Notes under the pieces: generated by a model | Database searches by the model: none | Seen by the model: only the letters and a program-made list of their open reading frames with translations | What the model was told of the DNA's origin: nothing | NCBI GenBank assembly: GCA_963730185.1 | Contig: CAVSQW010000004.1 | Span: 32,001-96,000, forward strand | Source: an uncultured Gemmatimonadales bacterium | GTDB taxonomy: Bacteria > Gemmatimonadota > Gemmatimonadetes > Gemmatimonadales > GWC2-71-9 | DNA: 64,000 nt | Direction of reading: 5' to 3' | Position numbers and translations under genes: made by a program | In this document: positions 41,460 through 50,653 of the stretch, one piece after another | Layout: each line of letters begins with the position of its first letter | Position numbering within the stretch: the first letter of the stretch is position 1

Positions 41460-41590
41460 TAGGGAGTGGTGAGTAGGGAGGAGGGAATAGGGAGTGAGTG
41501 GGGAGTGGGGAGTGGGGGCGCCTGGCTCGTGACTGGGCACTCCTCCCTACTCACCCACTCCCTACGCACGACCCACGACTCCCTACTCCC
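41460..41590. repeat. Heptamer-based G-rich tandem tract followed by an inverted C-rich tract
   Basis: Repeated (T/A)GGGAGT/GGGGAGT units at 41460-41518; CACTCCC/CTCCCTA units at 41538-41590. Confidence 0.75.
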
Positions 41591-41621
41591 AATCTGAAAC
41601 CGCCCGGCGATCCGAATCGTA

Positions 41622-41638
41622 CATAATTCGACATTATG
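41622..41638 (+). promoter_or_regulatory. CATAAT-N5-ATTATG operator overlapping a -10-like box and the padR start codon (probably leaderless)
   Basis: Perfect 6-5-6 palindrome; no Shine-Dalgarno before ATG 41636. Confidence 0.6.
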
Positions 41639-41968
41639 CGCGATCGCCCCTCGCTCCCGCCCCTCTCACACCTCCAGGCGCTGGCCTTGGGCCTGCTCCG
41701 ATCGGGCGACCGACCAGGCCGGTTGGTGCGAGAGGCGATGGCCGGCTACGGCGTTCGCCATTCCGCGGCCGCGTTCTACCAGATGATGGCCCGCCTCGAG
41801 CGCGACGGGTTCGTCACCGGGCGCTACGAGGCGGTCTGGGCCGGCGACCAGGAGGTGACCGAGCGGTGGTACCTGCTGACCGCCGCCGGTGAGCGGGCGT
41901 GGCAGCGCACCCAGGCCTTCTACGAAGCCATCGGCCGGGCAGCCGACGAGGGCTATTCACCTGCCTGA
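41636..41968 (+). CDS. PadR-like transcriptional regulator
   Basis: LSHLQ..LGLL, FYQMMARLERDG and WYLLTAAGE motifs; directly upstream of an ADOP permease. Confidence 0.8.
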   Translation: MRDRPSLPPLSHLQALALGLLRSGDRPGRLVREAMAGYGVRHSAAAFYQMMARLERDGFVTGRYEAVWAGDQEVTERWYLLTAAGERAWQRTQAFYEAIGRAADEGYSPA

Positions 41969-44624
41969 CCGCGTCCCCGGCTCCCGGATCCGTCGCCTCC
42001 TCCCCCGGCGCGCTCGCGACTGGTACGACCCCGCCGCGGCCGACCTGGTACTCGGACGCCGGGCTTCCGCCGGGTCCTGGGCCGCGATCCGGAACCGTCT
42101 GGCGCTCCTGTTGCTCTTCCTCGATTGCTGGCGGTTGCTCGTCCTCGAGCTGCCCGAGCGGTGGCTCGGCGGGCGGCCGCCCGGGCCCGAATCCTCTCGC
42201 CGGGAGCGCTTCCCCATGTTCTTCACTCAGCTCCGCTACGCCGTCCGCCGACTCTGGCGGGAGCCCACGTTCACCGCCACCGCGGTGCTCACCCTGGCGC
42301 TCGGGGTCGGGGCCAACGTCGCGGTGTTCGAGCTGGTCGAGGCGGCGCTGCTCCGCCCACTGCCCTATCCGAACGCCGACGAGCTGATGGTCGTTCGTCA
42401 TCGGGACCAGCGCACCGGCATCACCAAGCCGTTCATCGCAATGGGCGACTACGTCGACCTGGCCCGTCGTCAGACCGTCTTCGAGTCCCTCGGGGCCTAC
42501 GGCACCGACCAGGCAACGATCTTCGGTGAAGGCGACCCGTTCCAGGCGTCCGCGCTTTTCGCCGCGCCGGCGATGCTCCAGATGCTCCGGTTCCGTCCGC
42601 TCATCGGCCGCGGACTCACCGCGGCCGACGCGGTTGAGGGCGGGGGCCAGGTCGTGATCCTGGGCTACGAGCTCTGGCGAACCCGATTCGGGGCGGACTC
42701 CGCCATGGTGGGCCGGAGCGTCCGGTTCGCGTCCGGGCCGCGGTTGGTAATCGGGGTGGCGCCGCCCGGGTTCCGCTTTCCGCCGGACGTCTCGACCGGC
42801 GTCATCGTCCCGATGCCGGTGCCGGTCGAGACGCCGGCGGTGCGGAAGTCGGGATGGACCTTTGCGCTGGCGCGGCGGAAGCCCGGCCGGACGGCGGTCG
42901 AGGCCACGGCCGAATTGGACGCGATCTCCCGGCAGCTGGCGACGGAGTATCCGGTGGACAACCAGGGATCGCAGTACTACGCCGTGCCGTTGCGCGACGA
43001 CACGGTCGGCGACGCCAAACCGGCCCTCCTGCTCCTGCTCGCGGCGGTCGGGGTGGTCCTGCTGATCGCGTGCGTCAACGTCGCGAACCTGCTGGTGGCC
43101 CGCTCCCTGACCCGCCATCGGGAAATGGCGGTTCGGATGACGCTCGGCGCCAACCGGTGGCGCCTGGTGAGCCAACTCCTGACCGAGAGCCTGGTGCTGG
43201 CGTTGCTCGCCGGCGCGGCCGGCGTCGCGGTGGCCGGGGTGGCGGCCCGGGGTCTCACGAGCCTCGCTCCGGCGTCGTTGGACGTGAGTGGTTTGGGTCA
43301 GATCGCCCTCGACCCGACCGTGCTCGGCTTCGCGCTGGTCGTCACCGTCGCGACGGCGCTCGCCTGTGGGACCGTCGCGGCGGTCACGGTCCCCCTCGGC
43401 GAATCGGCTGGTCCCCTGGTGGTCGGCGGCCGCGCCAGTCAGACGGCCGCGGCACGGAGAGCCACCACCACGCTCGTGGTGGTGGAGGTGGCGTTCGCGG
43501 TCGTGCTCCTGATCGGCGCGGGCTTGATTCTCCGGAGCTTTGCCGGGCTCCTGTCGGTGGATCCCGGCTTCCGGACGGACCACGTGCTCACCCTGGAGCT
43601 CTCCCTCCCGGCCGACCGCTACGACGCCGAAGGCGCGCGGGTGGGCTTCTACGACCAGGCGGCCACCGCGATCGGCGCCTTGCCCGGGGTGACCGCCGTG
43701 GGCGAGGCGGTGGTGGTGCCGCTCACCGGCAACAACTGGACGGTGCCGTTCGAGCGGGCCGATCAGCCGGTCCGAACGGGCGAGCGCCCGCCGGATGTGG
43801 GCTGGCAGGTGGCGTCGGGCGGCTATTTCCGCGCCCTTGGGATTCCGCTCCGTTCGGGGCGGCTCTTCGACGAGAGAGACCGACCGGGGAGCGCCAGGGC
43901 GGTGATCGTGAGCGACGCGATTGCCGAGCGGTTCTTTCCCGGCGATTCGGCGGTGGGCCACGCCCTCCGGATCTCGGCCGACCAGACCGCCGAGATCGTG
44001 GGCGTAGTGGGCGACATCCGACGGGCCGGGCTCACGGACGAGCCGCGGGCCGACCTCTACTTCCCGTTCGAGCGCCAGCCGTCGACCGGGATCACCCTGT
44101 TTGTCCGCACCAGCGACGGTCCCGCTCGCCTGGCGGGGCCGGTTCAGGCGGCCCTGCGGAAAGTCGAGCCGAATGTGGTGCTGACGAGGGTCCGCACCAT
44201 GGCCGAGATCGCCCTCCGGTCGATGCGGCTCACCACCCTGGTGCTCTGGTTGCTGGGGGTCTTCGCGGCGCTCGCCCTGGTCCTGGCGGCGATCGGCATC
44301 TACGGCGTGATGTCGGAGGTGGTGCGGCAGCGGTCCCGTGAGATCGGCACCCGGATGGCGCTCGGCGCGCCCCGGAGCGGGATCCTGTGGATGGTGGCGC
44401 GGATGGGCCTGTCGCTCGCGGGTATCGGGACGGCGGTGGGTCTGGCGATTGGTCTGGCCGGGGCCCGGGCGCTCCGCGGCATGCTCTATGGGGTGAGTGC
44501 AGGCGATCCCCTGGTGCTGCTGGGGGCGACCGGGATGATCTTCTTCACGGCCGCCGCGGCGTGCTACCTCCCGGCTCGCCGGGCGGCGAGCGTCGATCCG
44601 GCCCGGACGCTGGCGGAGCCCTGA
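41961..44624 (+). CDS. ADOP family duplicated ABC permease (start uncertain: CTG 41961 or ATG 42216)
   Basis: LRYAVRRL, TLALGVGAN, IACVNVANLL, REMAVR..LGA, RSREIGTRMALGA and ARRAASVDP motifs. Confidence 0.92.
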   Translation: MPDRVPGSRIRRLLPRRARDWYDPAAADLVLGRRASAGSWAAIRNRLALLLLFLDCWRLLVLELPERWLGGRPPGPESSRRERFPMFFTQLRYAVRRLWREPTFTATAVLTLALGVGANVAVFELVEAALLRPLPYPNADELMVVRHRDQRTGITKPFIAMGDYVDLARRQTVFESLGAYGTDQATIFGEGDPFQASALFAAPAMLQMLRFRPLIGRGLTAADAVEGGGQVVILGYELWRTRFGADSAMVGRSVRFASGPRLVIGVAPPGFRFPPDVSTGVIVPMPVPVETPAVRKSGWTFALARRKPGRTAVEATAELDAISRQLATEYPVDNQGSQYYAVPLRDDTVGDAKPALLLLLAAVGVVLLIACVNVANLLVARSLTRHREMAVRMTLGANRWRLVSQLLTESLVLALLAGAAGVAVAGVAARGLTSLAPASLDVSGLGQIALDPTVLGFALVVTVATALACGTVAAVTVPLGESAGPLVVGGRASQTAAARRATTTLVVVEVAFAVVLLIGAGLILRSFAGLLSVDPGFRTDHVLTLELSLPADRYDAEGARVGFYDQAATAIGALPGVTAVGEAVVVPLTGNNWTVPFERADQPVRTGERPPDVGWQVASGGYFRALGIPLRSGRLFDERDRPGSARAVIVSDAIAERFFPGDSAVGHALRISADQTAEIVGVVGDIRRAGLTDEPRADLYFPFERQPSTGITLFVRTSDGPARLAGPVQAALRKVEPNVVLTRVRTMAEIALRSMRLTTLVLWLLGVFAALALVLAAIGIYGVMSEVVRQRSREIGTRMALGAPRSGILWMVARMGLSLAGIGTAVGLAIGLAGARALRGMLYGVSAGDPLVLLGATGMIFFTAAAACYLPARRAASVDPARTLAEP

Positions 44625-44636
44625 GGCCGCCGCGGG

Positions 44637-45677
44637 TCAGCGGCCGCCGGTGGGTGGCCCGGCCACGACGTCGATCGAGACGCTCCGCCGTCGCTCCGCG
44701 TTGGCGGCGAGCGCGGCGTCATGCTCCCGCTGCCAGCTGGTCCGGAGGGCCTGGTTGGCCGCGAGGTGGGCCGCGGCGGCCCGGCCGGGCTGGCGGGTTA
44801 TGAAACCGATCACCCCGGCCAGGCTCAAGGTGGCGCCCGCGGCGTAGGGAGCCGGACCCAACGAGGTGCCGGAGGAGACCGCGTTGGGAACCACCGCCGC
44901 GAGCAGGCCGGTCGCCAGGCCACCCACCAGAAAGGCGATCGCCGGACCCTGATCGCGCCGTTCGGGGAAGAAGGCCGAGGCCGGGAGCGGGGTGGGGAGG
45001 GGAAGCGTGTCGGCCAGGGCGGCGGAGGCGGTGATCGGGACCGTCACCACCCGGTCGGCCGCCATTCGGGAGCGCGCTCGGATCCGGAGGTCGAAGCGCC
45101 CTCGCGCCGGCGCGCCGCCGGCCGCCCGGCCGTCCCAGGCGACCACGGCGCTGTCGCCGACGGCGCCGGTGTAGATCTCGCGGCCCTCGTCGGCTCCGTC
45201 GGCCGCCGCCAGCGTGACCGTCACGTCCAGGGGCGCGCTGGTGTACACCCGAAGCCGATAGGGATGTCCGGCATCGATCCGAAACGCGGGCGGCGCCGCC
45301 ACTGCGACGTAGTTGCTGGTCCGCCGCACGCCGTCGAACGCCTCGGTCACGGCCGGCGGGAAGATCAGGGCGTTGGGCCGGCTCTTGGGCGAGGTTTCGA
45401 GCGCTTCCCGAAATGCGGCTGCGGCGGCGTCGCGACGGCCGCCGAAGAGCTCCGCCGCGCCAAGGTAGATGAGGATGTCGGCCCGGGCCGAGTCGACCAG
45501 GGCCGCGGGACCGCCCACCGCCAGGCTTTGGCGCAGCAACGTGGCGGCGCTCTGGTATTCCAGGGCGCGATAGGCCGCGAGCCCCTTGGCCGCGAGATCG
45601 CCGGCATCCTGCCCCCAGGCAGGGGCGGCGGCCAGCGCGGTCAGCAAGACGAGCGTCCCGACCAGCCGCCGCATCAC
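44637..45677 (-). CDS. Exported protein with N-terminal TPR-like helices and C-terminal TM hairpin
   Basis: Signal peptide AAPAWG; helical 'GLAAYRALEY..AA..L' segment and FPP motif; overlaps the kinase stop. Confidence 0.65.
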   Translation of the reverse strand: MMRRLVGTLVLLTALAAAPAWGQDAGDLAAKGLAAYRALEYQSAATLLRQSLAVGGPAALVDSARADILIYLGAAELFGGRRDAAAAAFREALETSPKSRPNALIFPPAVTEAFDGVRRTSNYVAVAAPPAFRIDAGHPYRLRVYTSAPLDVTVTLAAADGADEGREIYTGAVGDSAVVAWDGRAAGGAPARGRFDLRIRARSRMAADRVVTVPITASAALADTLPLPTPLPASAFFPERRDQGPAIAFLVGGLATGLLAAVVPNAVSSGTSLGPAPYAAGATLSLAGVIGFITRQPGRAAAAHLAANQALRTSWQREHDAALAANAERRRSVSIDVVAGPPTGGR

Positions 45678-47182
45678 GACGCCGGCTCCAGGATCTGGTC
45701 GATCAGTCGCACCGCCTGGCCGGCCGGCACCACCACCTCGCGCTCGAACGGTGTGAACCCGTCGCGAACGATCCGGAGTCGATGAGTGCCAGCGGTGATC
45801 TCCACGTTGGCCTGGGGCGTGTTACCGATCAGCTTGTCGTCCACGTAAAGCGCTCCCCAGGGCCGCGAGCTCACGAAGAGCCGGCCGGTTTGGGCGTCGG
45901 AGGAAGCCACCCGTCCGGCGGCCGTGGTCTGGCGCGTCGGTTCGGGGCTCGGGCCGGGGCGTTCCGCTCTCGCGGCCGGCCGGGTGGCTGGTGCCGGCGG
46001 CGGTGTCGGCGCGGGCTCGTCGGGCGGCGGCTCGGCCGGGGCCACGGCCATCGTGGCGGTGTCGAGCGCCCCGCTGGTCGAGTCCGAGGCCGGGGCCACC
46101 GCCACCTGTCGACTCAGGCCAGGCTGGCTCCCGTTCGAGCGGAGAAACCAGGCGGCGAGCACCGCGCCGATCACGACCGCTGCGATGATGCCCCCGGTCA
46201 GCAGCGGGCTCCGGCGAGCGGGCGGCGCGTCGGAGACCTCGGGCTCGCCCGGGTCGGGGGGGAACACCAAGGTGTGCTGCGCCAGCGAGGGCGGCTGATG
46301 GCGGTGCGGTGCCCCGCCGGGGGCGGCTGCTCCGGCCAAGGCGGCAGCCAGGCTCCGCGCGAAGGTGCCGATCGTGGGGAACCGGTCGCGCGGGTCGGGG
46401 CTCAGGGCCCGGTTCACCACCCGATGCACGGCCGACGGAAGCTCCGCCGATTCGTCGACGGCGGCCCTGAAGGTCGCAGCGAGGGCGTACTGGTCGGTGG
46501 CCGGACCGGGGTCCCTGCCGGCCAGCTCCTCCGGGGATTCGAACTGCGCTGGCCGGCTCTTGCCGCCGAAGGCCGGAATCCGGTCGAGGATCGGTCCGAC
46601 CGCCAACTCGGTGAGGAGCGCCACCCCGCCGTCGTCGCAGACGATGATGTCGGCCGGACTCAGACTGCCGTGGATCACGTCGCGCCGGTGGGCCTCGTCG
46701 AGGGCATCGGCAGCCTGGCCCACCAACCGGGTTACCCGGTCCGGCGGCAGACGTCCCTGTCCCTGGAGCAGCTCCGCCAACGACTGCCCCCCGGCGAACC
46801 GGGTGGCGTACCAGGCCAGGTTGGCGGTGGTGCCGAAACGGTAGATGGGAACGATGTTGGGGTGATCCAGCGCGTTGACGGCCGCCATGGCACGCCACCA
46901 GCGGTCGGCCTGGCCGGCCCGTTCGATCGGCGCCCGCGACAGGACCCGGAGCGCCAAGGTCACGTCGGGATCGGCGCGACGGGCCACGTAGACGGCCGAG
47001 TGCGGGCTCCGGGCCAGCTCCTCGCCGATCTCGAATTGGGGGGAGAGCTCGTAGTGCACCCAGGCGTCGAGATCGTCCGGCAAAGGCCGATCAGAGGCTG
47101 CCCCGTCCGGCGAGTAGCCGCAACGCGCACACGTCCCCGTCTCCGGTGAGATCTCCTCGGCAGCGCAGAACGGACAGATCAC
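45674..47182 (-). CDS. Ser/Thr kinase-like pseudokinase with N-terminal Zn ribbon, TM helix and C-terminal PEGA domain
   Basis: CPFC..CARC, LDHPNIVPIY, SPEE and DQYAL motifs, but degenerate catalytic motifs; PEGA 'VSSRPWG.LYVD...GTHRLRI.RDG'. Confidence 0.85.
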   Translation of the reverse strand: MICPFCAAEEISPETGTCARCGYSPDGAASDRPLPDDLDAWVHYELSPQFEIGEELARSPHSAVYVARRADPDVTLALRVLSRAPIERAGQADRWWRAMAAVNALDHPNIVPIYRFGTTANLAWYATRFAGGQSLAELLQGQGRLPPDRVTRLVGQAADALDEAHRRDVIHGSLSPADIIVCDDGGVALLTELAVGPILDRIPAFGGKSRPAQFESPEELAGRDPGPATDQYALAATFRAAVDESAELPSAVHRVVNRALSPDPRDRFPTIGTFARSLAAALAGAAAPGGAPHRHQPPSLAQHTLVFPPDPGEPEVSDAPPARRSPLLTGGIIAAVVIGAVLAAWFLRSNGSQPGLSRQVAVAPASDSTSGALDTATMAVAPAEPPPDEPAPTPPPAPATRPAARAERPGPSPEPTRQTTAAGRVASSDAQTGRLFVSSRPWGALYVDDKLIGNTPQANVEITAGTHRLRIVRDGFTPFEREVVVPAGQAVRLIDQILEPAS

Positions 47183-47243
47183 GATACCAGCCCTTCACCC
47201 CGGCGCCGGCTCCGAAACCGGCGACCCAAGAACACTCGACGCC

Positions 47244-47285
47244 AAAACCGCCCCCAGGGGTAGGACACCCCCGGGGGTAGCGGTT
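47244..47285 (-). terminator. Probable Rho-independent terminator (or tandem G/C-tract operator) after the RraA gene
   Basis: On the - strand, a CCGC..CCCCCGGGG / CCCCTGGGG..GCGG stem is followed by TTTT about 40 nt after the stop. Confidence 0.45.
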
Positions 47286-47325
47286 GTACTCAGCTATGGA
47301 GGGTAGGGTGGGAACGCTCCGGTGG

Positions 47326-48030
47326 CTAGTCCCCTCGGGCCAGGTCGGGTACCGGCACCCCGGCGTCGATTCGGGCCACCCGGGCGGCCTCCCCGGCGAT
47401 CCGGCGACGGACGCCGGCCAAGACGTCCTCGGCCCGCTCCCGAGGGACGAAGCAAACCCCGGTGTCGTCCGCCACCACGAGATCCCCTGGGTGGACGGTG
47501 ACCCCGTGGATCGAAACCGCCCCGTTGATGGCCACGGTCCGGAGCCGGTACTTGCCGGTCCGGGGGCTCGGTCCGCGGGCCCAGACCGGGAAGCCGAGCC
47601 GGCGGAGCCCGCCCACGTCCCGCACCGCGCCGTCGACCACCGCGCCGGCTTCGCGCTGCCGCCTGCCGATCCGGGCCGAGATGGCGCCCATGCTGGAGAC
47701 CTCGGGGGCGCCCTGGACAACGAGGACGTCGCCGGGCTCGGCGAGGTTGTGGCATTCCAGATCGCCCATCCGGCTCCCCGGCACCTCCACAGACCCCCGG
47801 AGCTCGGTGGCGACCGTGAGGGCTGGACCGACGATTCGCCCGCCGGCCACCATCGGCACCAGCACGCTGCCCGGCACGGCACCGTCGAGGCCGAGGGCGT
47901 CCAGGACGTCCGAGACCGTGCCGGTCAGGTCGTCGATCGCAAGCAGCTCTCGAAGCAGATCCGCCGGCGGCCGGGGAACCTCGCGAAGCCGGACCATCTC
48001 GGCCGGGAAGAGACCGGTGAGGGGGCGCAT
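47326..48030 (-). CDS. RraA family protein / HMG-CHA aldolase-like
   Basis: TVSDVLD, PGDVLVV, VVDGAVRD and PGDLVVADDTGV motifs. Confidence 0.88.
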   Translation of the reverse strand: MRPLTGLFPAEMVRLREVPRPPADLLRELLAIDDLTGTVSDVLDALGLDGAVPGSVLVPMVAGGRIVGPALTVATELRGSVEVPGSRMGDLECHNLAEPGDVLVVQGAPEVSSMGAISARIGRRQREAGAVVDGAVRDVGGLRRLGFPVWARGPSPRTGKYRLRTVAINGAVSIHGVTVHPGDLVVADDTGVCFVPRERAEDVLAGVRRRIAGEAARVARIDAGVPVPDLARGD

Positions 48031-48069
48031 GGCAGCGAGGTTACCGCGACGAGGACGGCTTGGCCATGG

Positions 48070-48942
48070 TCACCCTCGGAACCGGGGCTCGGGCAAGCCG
48101 ACGGCGGCGGTCCGGATGGCGAAGAGGGAGCCGGCCAAGGGTTCCCGGGCCAGCTGCTCCGGGGTCAAGCGCTGCCGGGCGGACGTGACGAACAGGGTGT
48201 CGAGTCCGGGGCCGCCGAAAGCGCAGCTGGTCGGGTTCGACACCGGCATGGGAATCACCCGGTCCACTCGACCGGCCGGCGTGTACCGCACCACCCGGCC
48301 GCCGGCATACTCGGCGTTCCAGAGACAGCCGTCGGCATCGACGGCGGAGCCGTCCGGTCGGCCCGGCGCGGCGGTCAGGTCGACCAGCACCCGCGGCGAC
48401 GACGGCACTCCGCGCTCGGCGTCGAAGGCGAAGGCCGAGATCCGATGGCGGTAGGTGTCGGCGAAGTACATGACCCGGGCGTCCGGGCTCCAGGCCAGGC
48501 TGTTGGGCACGATGACGTCGCCGAAGAGTCGGTGGCAAGCGCCGTCGGGGTCGAGCCGGTAGAGCGCGCCCGTGGGATCGCGGCGGACGTCGTTCATCGT
48601 TCCCGCCCAGAAGCGTCCCTGCCGGTCCACCCGGCCGTCGTTGAACCGGTTGTCCGGCTGATCGGCCTCGGGGTCGACGATCGGTTCGAGCATGCCGGTC
48701 TCGGGGTCGAGCCGGTGAAAGCCGTCGGCCATCGCGGCCACGAGTCCCGCCCCCTCGCGGAGCGCGATCGCCCCGACCAGCGACGGCAGGGGCACCCGGC
48801 GCGGCGAGGTGCCGCCGGACTCGATCCACTGGAGCGTGGGACCCCGGGCGTCGACCCAATAGAGGCGGCCGGACCGCTCGCACCACACCGGGCTCTCGCC
48901 CAGCCGATCGGTGCCCGGGACGATCGCGTCGACGGTGGTCAC
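48070..48942 (-). CDS. SMP-30/gluconolactonase/LRE family lactonase
   Basis: LGESPVW, NRFNDG.VD, PNSLAWSPD, PDG..VD.DG and PTSCAFGG motifs. Confidence 0.93.
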   Translation of the reverse strand: MTTVDAIVPGTDRLGESPVWCERSGRLYWVDARGPTLQWIESGGTSPRRVPLPSLVGAIALREGAGLVAAMADGFHRLDPETGMLEPIVDPEADQPDNRFNDGRVDRQGRFWAGTMNDVRRDPTGALYRLDPDGACHRLFGDVIVPNSLAWSPDARVMYFADTYRHRISAFAFDAERGVPSSPRVLVDLTAAPGRPDGSAVDADGCLWNAEYAGGRVVRYTPAGRVDRVIPMPVSNPTSCAFGGPGLDTLFVTSARQRLTPEQLAREPLAGSLFAIRTAAVGLPEPRFRG

Positions 48943-49919
48943 GCCGCCGGTGACCGATAGACCACGTTGCGCGGGGCCTCACCCCGGGCCACCCGATCGA
49001 TGTTGTCGGCGATCTCGGTCCAGCGCCGGTCGATCATCCCCCGGGTCCAGGCCGAGCAGTGCGGGGTCATCAACACGTTGTCGAGCTCGTGGAAGGGAAA
49101 GCGCGAGGGCCTGAGGTCGGGCGCCTCCGGCGTCGGATACCGATACCAGGTGTCGATCACCGCGCCGGCGATGGTGCGATCCACCAGGGCCCGATAGAGC
49201 GCCTCCTCCGCCACGATCGGGCCCCGGGAGACGTTGATCAGCACCGCGGTAGGGCGCATCGCGCGGAAGCTCTCGGCATCGATCAACCCCTCGGTCTCGG
49301 GGCCGAGACCCGACGCCACCACGACGAAGTCGCTCTCGGCGTAGAGGGCGGGCAGGGCGCCGAGGGGGCGGAGCCACGCGAGCCCGGGGGCCGGCCCCAC
49401 CCGCCGGGCGCAGGCCACCACCCGGGCGCCGAAGGCGCGGGCTCGGGGCACGATCGCCCGGCCGATCTGCCCGTAGCCGATCAACCCTACCGTCTTGCCG
49501 CCCAGCTCTTCCCCCAGCGGCCCGCCGGTCCGACCGCCCAAGGCCCAGCTCCCGGCCCGAAAGCTCCGTTCGGCGGCGAGGAACCGGGTGCCGGAGAGCA
49601 GCAGGCTCAAGAGGACGTACTCGGCGACCGCTTCGCCGTGTCCGTAGGCGTTGGCCACCACGGTGCCGGGTGGAAGCCGCCGGACGTCGATCCCATCGTA
49701 ACCCGTGCCGCCCGCCTGTACGAAGCGGAGCCTGGGGGCGGGGGGCATGCCGTCGTCGTAGTGGAGGGTGATCATCAGCTCCGCCGAGGCCAGCGCCTCC
49801 CGCCGGACCGGATCCGGAGCGTCGTCGGGCACCGGGACGATCTCGAGCGGGGTCCGGAGCTTCCCGACCAGGGTCGCGTGTTGCTCGCAGGCGAGCGAGC
49901 CGAGGAGCACGAGCCGCAC
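48939..49919 (-). CDS. D-2-hydroxyacid dehydrogenase family protein
   Basis: GYGQIG, INVSRG, AVID and MTPH motifs. Confidence 0.92.
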   Translation of the reverse strand: MRLVLLGSLACEQHATLVGKLRTPLEIVPVPDDAPDPVRREALASAELMITLHYDDGMPPAPRLRFVQAGGTGYDGIDVRRLPPGTVVANAYGHGEAVAEYVLLSLLLSGTRFLAAERSFRAGSWALGGRTGGPLGEELGGKTVGLIGYGQIGRAIVPRARAFGARVVACARRVGPAPGLAWLRPLGALPALYAESDFVVVASGLGPETEGLIDAESFRAMRPTAVLINVSRGPIVAEEALYRALVDRTIAGAVIDTWYRYPTPEAPDLRPSRFPFHELDNVLMTPHCSAWTRGMIDRRWTEIADNIDRVARGEAPRNVVYRSPAA

Positions 49920-49921
49920 GC

Positions 49922-50605
49922 TCAGCCGGCCGGTTCCAGCCGGACCCGACGGCGACCGTCGATGCCGAGGTAGCGGAGGAAGAGGCGGGTCAGCTCGTCG
50001 GCCAGGATCGGGGCGGGGAACGCGGAGCCGCCCGGCCAGCGCTCGTCGAAGAGCACCAGCTCGCGGAGCGTGCTCCGGATGGTCAGGAGCCCGATCTCGA
50101 GCCCCCGCTCCGGATCAGGATGGCGGATCCCGCCGTGGCGAAGCAGGAAGTCGAGCACCCGCGGCGGACCCTCGGCGTTGAGCCGCTCGAGTCGCCTCCG
50201 AAGGCCGGCATCGGTGTGCGACCGGAGGACCAGCGCCCGGCCGGCGCCCCGGGTGGCGTGGTACACCGTCACCAGGTCGTCGAGGTAGGCGCGGAGGGCC
50301 TCGGCCACCGTGGTCCCCTGCCAGCGGGCCGGGTCGGTGGCCCGAGACACCACGCCGAGCACCGCGTCGGTGACCCGCTCCTCGAGCGCCTCGAGCAGGG
50401 CATCCTTGTCGGGGAAGCGAGCGTAGAAGGCGCCGATCGTTACCCCCGCCCGCTCGGCCACCGCGGCGACGCTCACCGCCTCGAAGCTCCGGTCGGCGAG
50501 GAGGGCCTCGGCGGCGTCGAGCATCCGGCGATAGGTCGCCTGGCTCCGGGCCTGTCGGGGGGCCCGGGTGCGCGACCGGCGGCGGGGGCGGCTTGCAGAA
50601 AACAT
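49922..50605 (-). CDS. TetR/AcrR family transcriptional regulator
   Basis: RQARSQATYRRMLDAA and VAERAGVTIGAFYARFPDK motifs. Confidence 0.9.
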   Translation of the reverse strand: MFSASRPRRRSRTRAPRQARSQATYRRMLDAAEALLADRSFEAVSVAAVAERAGVTIGAFYARFPDKDALLEALEERVTDAVLGVVSRATDPARWQGTTVAEALRAYLDDLVTVYHATRGAGRALVLRSHTDAGLRRRLERLNAEGPPRVLDFLLRHGGIRHPDPERGLEIGLLTIRSTLRELVLFDERWPGGSAFPAPILADELTRLFLRYLGIDGRRRVRLEPAG

Positions 50606-50620
50606 AGTGAATGCTATGAT
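50593..50620 (+). promoter_or_regulatory. Promoter (TTGCAG-16-TATGAT, extended TG) overlapped by CATAG-N6-CTATG operator
   Basis: Palindrome 50603-50618 covers the tetR start codon and the -10 of the rightward operon. Confidence 0.65.
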
Positions 50621-50653
50621 ATTTGATCGAAGCTCCGCATCCGTCAAGAGGCC

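Noticed and set aside
41460..41590. Possible CRISPR array
   Set aside because: Units are about 7 nt with no unique spacers, and no cas genes are in the window.
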